This document shows positions 9,505-18,151 of a stretch of DNA of 64,000 nt, piece by piece (the first letter of the stretch is position 1; each line of letters begins with the position of its first letter). The notes beneath the pieces are model-generated. The model saw only the letters and a program-made list of their open reading frames with translations. It was not told where the DNA came from and made no database searches. The position numbers were made by a program, and so were the translations under genes. Source of the stretch: an uncultured Bulleidia sp. (GTDB lineage: Bacteria; Bacillota_I; Bacilli_A; Erysipelotrichales; Erysipelotrichaceae); assembly GCA_934725105.1 (NCBI GenBank), contig CAKVBD010000007.1, positions 7,747 to 71,746 on the forward strand, given 5' to 3'.

Positions 9505-10596
9505 ATGTCAAAAAATAAATTTTTCTTTTATAATGAAACAATGAAGAAAACACCAGCATATATTCGTGTATATCAGAATATTTCAAATCAAATCATCCAT
9601 GGTATTTATCCATATCATTCTAGAATTCCATCCAAAAGAGAAATGGCACAAAAGGAAAACTGCAGTTTGATTACGATTGAACATGCATATGAACTATTGA
9701 TAGATGAAGGATATATTGAATCGAGACCAAGAAGTGGCTATTACGTTTCCTATCAGGTAGGAGATGTGTTTGAAAGTGAAGTGACACCTGTAGATATTTC
9801 TGTATCATTTGAAAATACAGATATGACTTTTCCTGCCAGTGTATTTGCGAAAGCATGTAGAAAAGTGACAGGAATGATGGTTTCAAAACTTCCGTCTAGA
9901 AGTGAAGGAAAAGGAAATATTTATTTAAGAAATGCAATCAGTAAGTATCTTGCACGTAGTAGAAATCTTTTGGTTTCGCCAGAACAGATTATCATTGGTG
10001 CAGGCAGTGAGTATTTGTATTCATTGATCGTGGATCTTCTTGGAAGAAGCAAGATCTATGGGATTGAATCTCCATCGTATGAAAAAATCTATCGGATTTA
10101 TCGTGCAAGTGGCGTGAAGGTGGATTTGTTGAAACTTGCGAGAAACGGTATTTTATCAACAGAACTGGAAAGAACTCCAGCTTCTATTCTGCATGTTACG
10201 CCATATCATTCTTTTCCAACGGGTTCGACAACGGATGCATCCAAAAGACGGGAGTATATCCGATGGGCAAATGCGCATCAGGCAATTATTGTGGAAGACG
10301 ATTATGAATCTGAATTTACAAAATCCATCAAATCACAGGAAACTTTATTCTCTTTAGACCCGCAACATGTGATTTATATGAACACTTTTACAAAAACAAT
10401 CTCGTCATCAATTCGAATTGGTTATATGATATTACCAGAAGATTTACTAAAAGCTTATGAACAGACACAATCATTTCGTTCGTGCACGGTGAGTGAATTT
10501 ATGCAGCTTGTTGTTGCGGAGATTTTAAACAACGGTTCTTTTGAAAGGAACCTCAACCACATTCGTAGAAAGAGAAAAACACATGAGAAAGATTGA
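9505..10596 (+). CDS. MocR/GntR-family regulator (wHTH plus aminotransferase-like domain), C-terminally short
   Basis: GntR-type wHTH (SKREMAQKENCSLITIEHAYELL), class I aminotransferase fold with TFTKT lysine motif. Ends right after the HIRRKRK motif, lacking the usual C-terminal subdomain. Start could be M at 9541. Confidence 0.6.
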   Translation: MSKNKFFFYNETMKKTPAYIRVYQNISNQIIHGIYPYHSRIPSKREMAQKENCSLITIEHAYELLIDEGYIESRPRSGYYVSYQVGDVFESEVTPVDISVSFENTDMTFPASVFAKACRKVTGMMVSKLPSRSEGKGNIYLRNAISKYLARSRNLLVSPEQIIIGAGSEYLYSLIVDLLGRSKIYGIESPSYEKIYRIYRASGVKVDLLKLARNGILSTELERTPASILHVTPYHSFPTGSTTDASKRREYIRWANAHQAIIVEDDYESEFTKSIKSQETLFSLDPQHVIYMNTFTKTISSSIRIGYMILPEDLLKAYEQTQSFRSCTVSEFMQLVVAEILNNGSFERNLNHIRRKRKTHEKD

Positions 10597-11251
10597 AGAT
10601 ATATATTTCATTGATAAAAACAATGCTCCTCAACCGCATACAATTATTGAAAATACTTCGTTTAAGCAAAATGGGTATCGTATTACTCATTTTTCTATGG
10701 GAGCAAATACTGCTGGCTCTCCAGAGAGATATCATCATATTGCGATATATACGTGTAATATTGGAACATTGCATTTGAAACACTATATTGATAGAAATTC
10801 TTATGAAGAAATCGTTTTAAAGCCAGGAGACTTCTGGATTCGTCCAGCCCATACGTTAGTGAGCTGGTATGCAGAGGAGGATACTGTATTTACAGTCTTA
10901 TCGATGCGCTATACTGCGAATTTCTGTGATGGAGACATGCTTGGAAAAACTTTATCAATTAATCATTTAATTGATAAGAATGAATCTGATATTGCTCAGA
11001 AAAGACTTGTGGATGATGAACAATTCAAGTTAGATGCAATCCATATGGGGAAAAACAGTCGACTGGAATTGAGCAGTAATGATAATTTAATTATTTGTTC
11101 CATAGAAGGAAAATGTGCTTTGCTTTACCATAATCGACAGATGATTATCAATTCTCAACAATGTTTCCATACAAATATAGCGGATAAAATTGTTCTTTTA
11201 TCCGCAACAGATGCAAAATTGCTGCTTCTCAAATTTGTAAATCAGGTTTAA
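10583..11251 (+). CDS. cupin-domain hypothetical protein
   Basis: About 220 aa with a two-cupin-like repeat architecture. Overlaps the 3' end of the MocR-like gene. Confidence 0.45.
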   Translation: MRKIEDIYFIDKNNAPQPHTIIENTSFKQNGYRITHFSMGANTAGSPERYHHIAIYTCNIGTLHLKHYIDRNSYEEIVLKPGDFWIRPAHTLVSWYAEEDTVFTVLSMRYTANFCDGDMLGKTLSINHLIDKNESDIAQKRLVDDEQFKLDAIHMGKNSRLELSSNDNLIICSIEGKCALLYHNRQMIINSQQCFHTNIADKIVLLSATDAKLLLLKFVNQV

Positions 11252-11377
11252 TATATTTAGCGGAAATGATGTCTTCCAGGAAGAAATTCCAAACCGCTAT
11301 TACAGCTGATGACTTCTGCAATGTTTTTTATCATGCAGGGAATCAGCTTTTTTGTTTGCCTGCTGGAAAGGGTGTTT

Positions 11378-12559
11378 ATGTTATTTAGTTTTGCTTTACT
11401 TTTACTTTGTGGATTATTGCTTGGAGATTTGTTTAAGAAAATTAAATTTCCACCATTATTTGGCTTTATGCTATGTGGAATTTTGTTAGGGCCATATTGT
11501 TTCAAATTGATTGATGCTTCGATATTGGATGCTTCTGCATCGATTCGTAAGGTTGCATTGATCATCATTCTGATCCGTGCGGGATTGAATCTAGATTTGG
11601 ATGCGTTAAAAAAAGTTGGCAGACCAGCGATTTTAATGTGTTTTCTGCCTGCAACATTTGAAATCATTGGATTTGCCTTATTAGGACCAGTAATTTTACA
11701 TCTTTCACTATTAGATGCATTAATTCTTGGTTCTGTTTTAGCAGCGGTATCCCCTGCAGTTGTTGTACCAAACATGTTGAAGCTTATTGATGAAGGCTAT
11801 GGAACAAAGGAAGGTATTCCACAATTAATTATGGCTGGTGCATCTGTAGATGATGTATTTGTCATTGTATTGTTTACTTCATTCACATCTCTTGCTTCTT
11901 CTGGTTCTTTAGATGCTTTGAATTTCTTGAGAATACCAACTTCCATTATCAGTGGTGTTGCTTCAGGGATACTCATTGGCTATGTATTGAATCGCTTTTT
12001 TGATGCAGTAAATTTTAGAGATACCGTTAAAGTGATTGTACTGTTATCTTTATCATTTATCTTGGTGAAAATAGAAGATTTGTGTACTGGCTATTTTGGA
12101 TATTCTGGATTGCTTGCAATCATGGCAATGAGTGCAATGATTCATTTTGAAAGGGAACAGGTATCTGTAACCTTATCGAATCAGTTTTCACAATTGTGGA
12201 TCGTTGCAGAAATATTGTTGTTTGAACTTGTAGGCGCTGCAGTGGATCCTTCCTATGCATTGCAGGCTGGTGCAAGTGCAGTTTTGATTATTGCTTTGGC
12301 GATGATTTTTAGAATGGCTGGGGTGTATCTTTGTGTTGCTTCAACTCCATTAACAAGGAAAGAAAGACTCTTCTGTATGATTGCCTATACACCAAAAGCA
12401 ACAGTACAGGCAGCCATTGGTTCTATTCCTTTAGCAATGGGACTAGCTTGTGGAAATATCGTATTGACAGTAGCCGTATGTGCTATTTTATTGACTGCTC
12501 CACTTGGTGCATTCTTTATCAATCTGACATATCAAAAATTGTTGCAGAAAAATATATGA
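11378..12559 (+). CDS. cation:proton antiporter (CPA family)
   Basis: Start set at MLFSF (ATG 11378) with RBS GGAAAGGGTG upstream. GDLFKKIKFPPLFGFMLCGILLGP motif typical of Na+/H+ / K+/H+ exchangers. Polytopic. Confidence 0.75.
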   Translation: MLFSFALLLLCGLLLGDLFKKIKFPPLFGFMLCGILLGPYCFKLIDASILDASASIRKVALIIILIRAGLNLDLDALKKVGRPAILMCFLPATFEIIGFALLGPVILHLSLLDALILGSVLAAVSPAVVVPNMLKLIDEGYGTKEGIPQLIMAGASVDDVFVIVLFTSFTSLASSGSLDALNFLRIPTSIISGVASGILIGYVLNRFFDAVNFRDTVKVIVLLSLSFILVKIEDLCTGYFGYSGLLAIMAMSAMIHFEREQVSVTLSNQFSQLWIVAEILLFELVGAAVDPSYALQAGASAVLIIALAMIFRMAGVYLCVASTPLTRKERLFCMIAYTPKATVQAAIGSIPLAMGLACGNIVLTVAVCAILLTAPLGAFFINLTYQKLLQKNI

Positions 12560-12771
12560 AAGAGACATTATTTCTTTACTTTTTCTTTATTTTCTAATAA
12601 CATAATAGCGTCTTTGTACCGTTGTATTTATTGTGTATCAGAGGAAGGAAAGCAACTAATGAAATTAATTGTCACATCTTTGAGAACAACAAATATCATT
12701 ACAGATTTGGATGCTAGTAAACTATCCAATCTTATCAACGGTATCAAACTGTCTAAATAACGATGAAATAA

Positions 12772-12808
12772 CAGCTGATGGAATTACTCCGTTAGCTGTT
12801 TTTGATTC
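12772..12808 (+). terminator. intrinsic terminator / attenuator in the purE leader
   Basis: ACAGCUGAUGG-AAUUACU-CCGUUAGCUGU 11-bp stem followed by UUUUGAUUC. Lies 18 nt before the purE RBS GAGGAGG, so it is an expression-platform candidate. Confidence 0.6.
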
Positions 12809-12825
12809 TACTAGAGGAGGTTAAA

Positions 12826-13323
12826 ATGAAAAAAGTCGCAATTGTTATGGGTAGTGATTCTGATGCGCCAGTTATGGCAAAAGCAGCAAAGGTATTAGAG
12901 AGTTATGAAATTCCTTATGAAGTGCATGTATATTCTGCACATAGAACTCCTATGCAGGCTGCTGAATTCGCAACAAATGCAAAAGAAAATGGATTTGGTG
13001 TCATTATCGCAGGTGCAGGCATGGCTGCCGCTTTAGCAGGTGTTCTTGCTGCACATACAACATTACCAGTCATTGGTGTTCCATTAAAATCCGCAGTCCT
13101 GGAAGGAACAGATGCGTTACTTGCGACTGTGATGATGCCTAGTGGAATCCCAGTAGCAACAGTCGCAATTGATGGAAGCAAGAATGCAGCATATCTTGCT
13201 GCAGAAATCATTGCATTATCAGATGAATCTTTAGCTGAAAAGATTGCTGAAGATAGAAAGAAGCAAAGTGAAGCAGTCTTAAAGAAAGACGCTGGAATAC
13301 AGGAAAAGATCAAGGAGCTATAA
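12826..13323 (+). CDS. purE: 5-(carboxyamino)imidazole ribonucleotide mutase / AIR carboxylase
   Basis: MKKVAIVMGSDSD...SAHRTP...GAGMAAALAGV PurE motifs. Confidence 0.9.
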   Translation: MKKVAIVMGSDSDAPVMAKAAKVLESYEIPYEVHVYSAHRTPMQAAEFATNAKENGFGVIIAGAGMAAALAGVLAAHTTLPVIGVPLKSAVLEGTDALLATVMMPSGIPVATVAIDGSKNAAYLAAEIIALSDESLAEKIAEDRKKQSEAVLKKDAGIQEKIKEL

Positions 13324-13326
13324 GAC

Positions 13327-14370
13327 ATGGAAAAAAGTTATTCAAATGCTTACAAAGAAGCTGGTGTAGATGTTACTGCTGGCTATGAATCTGTTGAACT
13401 CATTAAAAAGGATGTAAAGCGTACAGAAATCCCAGGTGTACTTGGTGGTATTGGCGGATTTGGTGGATTATTCGCTCCAGATCTCAAAGGATACGAAAAG
13501 CCAGTATTTATTTCTGGTACAGATGGTGTTGGTACAAAATTGAAGCTTGCTTTCTTGATGGACAAGCATGACACAATCGGTATCGATTGCGTTGCAATGT
13601 GTGTCAATGATGTTATCTGTGCTGGTGCGAAGCCATTATTCTTCTTGGACTACATTGCATGTGGAAAGAACATTCCTGAAAAGATTGCCACAATTGTAAA
13701 GGGGATCGCTGATGGATGTGTTGAAAGCGGCTGTGCACTTGTTGGTGGAGAAACTGCTGAACATCCAGGCATGATGCCAGAAGAAGAATACGATCTCGCT
13801 GGATTTACAGTTGGTATTGTGGATGAAAAGAATATCTTAGATAAGAAGAATGTTAAGAAGGGTGATGTGATTGTTGGATTAGCATCTACTGGTGTACATT
13901 CCAATGGTTTCTCTCTTGTTAGAAAAGTCTTTGATATTGATAATGCTGAAGTACTTGGTAAATATAAGGATGAATTGAATGGCAAGACATTAGGAGAAGC
14001 TTTATTGGTGCCTACACAGCTATATGTCAAGCCAATCTTGAAGCTGTTAGAAGAAGTTGATGTACATTCTATTTCTCATATTACTGGTGGTGGTTTCTAT
14101 GAAAATCTTCCACGTGCCTATGGTGAAAACCTGAATGCAGTCATTCATAAAGGAAGCTGGGAAGTATTGCCTATCTTCAATCTCATTCAGGAAAAGGGAA
14201 ATATTGCGGAACATGATATGTTCAATACATACAACATGGGTGTAGGTATGGCTGTCATTGTTGATGGTAAAGATGCTGACAAGACAATTACATTGATGAA
14301 TGAATTTGGCATCAAGGCGAGTGTCATTGGTGAAATGAGTGAGGGTGATCACTCTGTGGTGATTGAATGA
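13327..14370 (+). CDS. purM: phosphoribosylformylglycinamidine cyclo-ligase (AIR synthetase)
   Basis: PurM fold and motifs, 347 aa. Confidence 0.9.
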   Translation: MEKSYSNAYKEAGVDVTAGYESVELIKKDVKRTEIPGVLGGIGGFGGLFAPDLKGYEKPVFISGTDGVGTKLKLAFLMDKHDTIGIDCVAMCVNDVICAGAKPLFFLDYIACGKNIPEKIATIVKGIADGCVESGCALVGGETAEHPGMMPEEEYDLAGFTVGIVDEKNILDKKNVKKGDVIVGLASTGVHSNGFSLVRKVFDIDNAEVLGKYKDELNGKTLGEALLVPTQLYVKPILKLLEEVDVHSISHITGGGFYENLPRAYGENLNAVIHKGSWEVLPIFNLIQEKGNIAEHDMFNTYNMGVGMAVIVDGKDADKTITLMNEFGIKASVIGEMSEGDHSVVIE

Positions 14371-14975
14371 GAAACATCGCAGTCATGGTGTCTGGAGGAG
14401 GAACGAATCTGCAGGCACTGATCGACGCTGAAAAAGCTGGAAAGATCCCACACGGAAAAATTACTTTGGTTATTGCTTCCAATGATTCTGCATATGCATT
14501 AGAGCGTGCAAAAAACAATGGTATTGAAGCTGTTGTTGTAAAACGCAAGGCATATGAAAATCAGGATGCGTTTGATGATGCAATTGTTGAAACATTACAT
14601 GCACATCACATTGATATGGTTGTATTAGCTGGCTATTTAAGTATCTTGGGAGAAACAGTGATTCAGGCATATCGAGATAGAATTATCAACATTCATCCAT
14701 CTTTGATTCCTTCTTTCTGTGGAAAAGGTTTCTATGGATTGAAAGTGCATGAAGCTGCGCTTGCTAGAGGCGTAAAAGTGACAGGTGCTACGGTACATCT
14801 TGTCAATGAAATTCCGGATGGTGGAAGAATTCTAAAGCAGAAAGCAGTATATATTGAAGATGGGGATACTGCAGAAACATTACAGAGAAGAGTTATGGAA
14901 CAGGCAGAATGGATCTTGTTGCCAGAAGCCTGCGAAGATATCGCAAAACAATTAGATGAAGGAGAAGACAAATGA
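14367..14975 (+). CDS. purN: phosphoribosylglycinamide formyltransferase
   Basis: [21 protein letters not shown]-terminus, SLIPSFCG motif. Confidence 0.9.
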   Translation: MRNIAVMVSGGGTNLQALIDAEKAGKIPHGKITLVIASNDSAYALERAKNNGIEAVVVKRKAYENQDAFDDAIVETLHAHHIDMVVLAGYLSILGETVIQAYRDRIINIHPSLIPSFCGKGFYGLKVHEAALARGVKVTGATVHLVNEIPDGGRILKQKAVYIEDGDTAETLQRRVMEQAEWILLPEACEDIAKQLDEGEDK

Positions 14976-15673
14976 GCGTTGATTTGATTGATTACTTGAA
15001 GAATAACGAATACCCAGGTCGTGGTATCGCAATTGGCAGAACGCCATGTGGAAAAAATATTCGTATTGCTTACTGGATCATGGGAAGAAGCAGCAATTCT
15101 AGAAATAGAGTATTCTTAGAAACTGAAGATGGTATCAGAACAGAAGCATTTGATCCAGGCAAGATGGAAGATCCTTCATTGATTATTTATCATCCAGTTA
15201 GAAAACTTGGAAAACAGACAATCGTAACAAATGGTGATCAGACAGATACAATCTGGAATGCATTAAAAGAAGGCAAGACTTTTGAAGATGCACTACGTAC
15301 AAGAACATTTGAACCAGATGGACCAAACTGGACACCAAGAATTTCTGCTCTTGTGGAAGGTGCTGGTTATAAGATGTCTATCTTAAAGAGTATGAATCTT
15401 GAAGGCAGTGCTGTTGGTCGTTATTTCTTTGAATATCCAGAAGCAGAAAATGGTGTTGGTCATTTGATCACAACATATAAGACAAATGGTAATCCAATTC
15501 CTTCTTTTGAAGGAGAACCAATTCGTTGGGATATGGCTCATGAAAAGTTTGATGAATGGGCAAATCATGTATGGGAAGCATTGAATGAAGATAATAAGGT
15601 TTCTTTATATACATGTCATATGAACATTGAAACAGGCGAAACAAAAACAATGATTTTCAATAAGAATAAGTAA
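14972..15673 (+). CDS. purO: IMP cyclohydrolase, archaeal PurO type
   Basis: GRGIAIGRTPCG / IAYWIMGRS / VTNGDQTDTI / TPRISALVEG align with PurO (MJ0626-type IMP_cyclohyd family). Sits immediately before an AICARFT-only purH. Confidence 0.75.
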   Translation: MSVDLIDYLKNNEYPGRGIAIGRTPCGKNIRIAYWIMGRSSNSRNRVFLETEDGIRTEAFDPGKMEDPSLIIYHPVRKLGKQTIVTNGDQTDTIWNALKEGKTFEDALRTRTFEPDGPNWTPRISALVEGAGYKMSILKSMNLEGSAVGRYFFEYPEAENGVGHLITTYKTNGNPIPSFEGEPIRWDMAHEKFDEWANHVWEALNEDNKVSLYTCHMNIETGETKTMIFNKNK

Positions 15674-15684
15674 GGAGAAAGAAC

Positions 15685-16860
15685 ATGGCTAAGGAAATTG
15701 CTTTGAAGTATGGATGTAATCCAAATCAGAAACCATCTCGTATTTATGTGGAAGATGGTGAATTACCAGTTACAGTATTAAATGGAAAACCAGGTTATAT
15801 CAACTTTTTAGATGCATTAAACAGTTGGCAGCTTGTAAAAGAACTCAAAGAAGCAACAGGTCTTCCTTCAGCAGCTTCTTTCAAGCACGTTTCTCCTGCA
15901 GGTGCTGCAGTTGGTCTTCCATTGAGTGAAACAGATCGTAAGATCTATTTTGTAGATGATGAAGAATTATCTCCAATTGCCTGTGCTTATGTGAGAGCAC
16001 GTGGTGCAGATCGTATGTCTTCCTATGGTGACTGGGCTGCACTCTCTGATGTATGTGATGCAGATACTGCTAGACTTTTAAAGAAGGAAGTATCTGATGG
16101 TGTAATCGCACCTGGCTTTACAGAAGAAGCATTAGAAATTCTGCGTCAGAAGAAAAAGGGAAACTACAATGTTGTTCAGATTGATCCTGACTATGTTCCA
16201 GAAGAAATTGAACATAAGCAGGTATTCGGTATTACATTTGAACAGGGTAGAAACAATATCAAGATTGATGAATCTTTATTAACAAATATCATCAGTGAAA
16301 ACAAGAATCTTACTGAAAATGCAAAAAGAGATTTGATGATTGCTTTGATTGCATTGAAGTATACACAGTCTAACTCTGTTGCTTATGCAAAGGATGGTCA
16401 GTGCATTGGTATTGGTGCTGGTCAGCAAAGCCGTGTGCATTGTGTTAGACTTGCGGGTAATAAGGCTGATAACTGGTGGCTGAGACAGAATCCAAAGGTA
16501 TTGGCATTGCCATTTAAGCAAGGTATTCGCAGAGCTGATCGTGATAATACAATTGATGTATATATCTCTGATGAATATGAAGATGTACTAAGAGATGGTA
16601 CATGGGAAAACTTCTTTGAAACAAAGCCTGAAGTATTAACGAAGGAAGAAAAGAAGGAATGGTTAAGCAAGATGAGTGGTGTTTCTTTAGCATCTGATGC
16701 TTTCTTCCCATTTGGAGATAATATTGAAAGAGCGCATAAGAGTGGTGTTGAATTCATTGTTGAACCAGGTGGTTCTATCCGTGATGACAATGTCATTGAT
16801 ACATGTAACAGATACAATATGACACTTGTATTTAATGGTGTTAGATTATTCCATCATTAA
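15685..16860 (+). CDS. purH: AICAR formyltransferase (PurH C-terminal AICARFT domain only)
   Basis: LKYGCNPNQ ... SPAGAAVG motifs. 391 aa with no N-terminal MGS-like IMPCH domain. Confidence 0.85.
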   Translation: MAKEIALKYGCNPNQKPSRIYVEDGELPVTVLNGKPGYINFLDALNSWQLVKELKEATGLPSAASFKHVSPAGAAVGLPLSETDRKIYFVDDEELSPIACAYVRARGADRMSSYGDWAALSDVCDADTARLLKKEVSDGVIAPGFTEEALEILRQKKKGNYNVVQIDPDYVPEEIEHKQVFGITFEQGRNNIKIDESLLTNIISENKNLTENAKRDLMIALIALKYTQSNSVAYAKDGQCIGIGAGQQSRVHCVRLAGNKADNWWLRQNPKVLALPFKQGIRRADRDNTIDVYISDEYEDVLRDGTWENFFETKPEVLTKEEKKEWLSKMSGVSLASDAFFPFGDNIERAHKSGVEFIVEPGGSIRDDNVIDTCNRYNMTLVFNGVRLFHH

Positions 16861-16878
16861 TAAAGAAGGTATAGAACA

Positions 16879-18141
16879 ATGAAATTATTAGTTGTTGGAT
16901 CTGGTGGAAGAGAACACGCAGTGATCCGTAAATTAAAAGAAAATAAAGAAATTGAAAAAATCTATTGTGCTCCAGGGAATGGTGGTATCAGTGCAGATGC
17001 TGAATGTGTTGATATCAAAGCAACAGATAAAGAAAACATGGTGAAGTTTGCGAAAGAAAATGCCATTGATTTCTGTGTTGTTACGCCAGATGATCCTCTA
17101 GCATTAGGTATGGTTGATGTGATGGAAGAAGCAGGAATTCCTTGCTTTGGTCCGAAAGCAAATGCAGCAATCATTGAAGCAAGTAAAGCTTTCTCTAAGG
17201 ATCTGATGAAAAAGTATGGAATTCCTACTGCGGATTATGAAACGTTTGACAATGAGAAAGAAGCTTTACATTACATTGAAGAAAAGAATACATTTCCAAT
17301 TGTTATCAAGGCAGATGGCCTTGCACTTGGCAAAGGTGTATTGATTTGTGAAACATTGGATGATGCAAAAGCAGCTTTACGTGAAATGATGGTTGATCAT
17401 GTATTTGGCTTGAGTGGAAATAAAGTTGTTGTAGAAGAATTCATGACAGGAAAAGAAGTATCTGTTCTTGCATTTACGGATGGTAATGTTGTGAAGCCTA
17501 TGATTTCTTCTATGGATCATAAGCGTGCATATGATAATGATGAAGGTCTCAATACTGGCGGTATGGGCACAATTGCACCTTCTCCTTATTACACAAAAGA
17601 AATTGCGGAAACATGTATGGAAACAATTTTCCTTCCAACTGTGAAAGCAATGAATGCTGAAGGCAGAACATTCAAAGGATGCTTATACTTTGGATTAATG
17701 CTGACACCAAAGGGACCACGTGTTGTGGAATATAACTGTCGATTTGGGGATCCAGAAACACAGGTCGTATTACCTTTGTTGAATTCTGATTTATTTACAA
17801 TCATGAAAGCTTGTCACGATGGAACATTGAAAGATGTTGATGTTGTGTGGAGTGATGAAGCTTGTGCATGTGTCGTAGAAGCTAGTGGTGGATATCCTGT
17901 GAAATATGAAAAGGGATTTGAAATCCATGGCTTAGATGAAAATGGTCAGCATGATGGTGTGATCGTATATCATGCGGGTACAAAGAAAGAAAACGGTAAA
18001 TTCTATACAAATGGTGGAAGAGTACTTGGCATTACTGCTAAGGGCGCTACCTTGCAAGATGCATTGGATCAGGCATATGCAGCTGTAAAGGAAATTGGCT
18101 TTGAGAAGATGCATTATCGTACTGATATTGGAAAAAAATAG
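16879..18141 (+). CDS. purD: phosphoribosylamine--glycine ligase
   Basis: MKLLVVGSGGREHA start, ATP-grasp fold, 420 aa. Confidence 0.9.
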   Translation: MKLLVVGSGGREHAVIRKLKENKEIEKIYCAPGNGGISADAECVDIKATDKENMVKFAKENAIDFCVVTPDDPLALGMVDVMEEAGIPCFGPKANAAIIEASKAFSKDLMKKYGIPTADYETFDNEKEALHYIEEKNTFPIVIKADGLALGKGVLICETLDDAKAALREMMVDHVFGLSGNKVVVEEFMTGKEVSVLAFTDGNVVKPMISSMDHKRAYDNDEGLNTGGMGTIAPSPYYTKEIAETCMETIFLPTVKAMNAEGRTFKGCLYFGLMLTPKGPRVVEYNCRFGDPETQVVLPLLNSDLFTIMKACHDGTLKDVDVVWSDEACACVVEASGGYPVKYEKGFEIHGLDENGQHDGVIVYHAGTKKENGKFYTNGGRVLGITAKGATLQDALDQAYAAVKEIGFEKMHYRTDIGKK

Positions 18142-18151
18142 GAGAAAGTAA

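Noticed and set aside
11257-11775. 172-aa minus-strand ORF
   Set aside because: Antisense to the cation:proton antiporter 5' region, with low-complexity composition.
12600-12771. Calling a guanine/adenine (purine) riboswitch upstream of purE
   Set aside because: The conserved aptamer strings (UAUA...GGAUAUGG...UUUCUACC...CCGUAAAU...GACUA) are not present. Only the terminator hairpin is supportable, so it is reported as a candidate attenuator instead.
12915-13328. 137-aa minus-strand ORF
   Set aside because: Antisense of purE.
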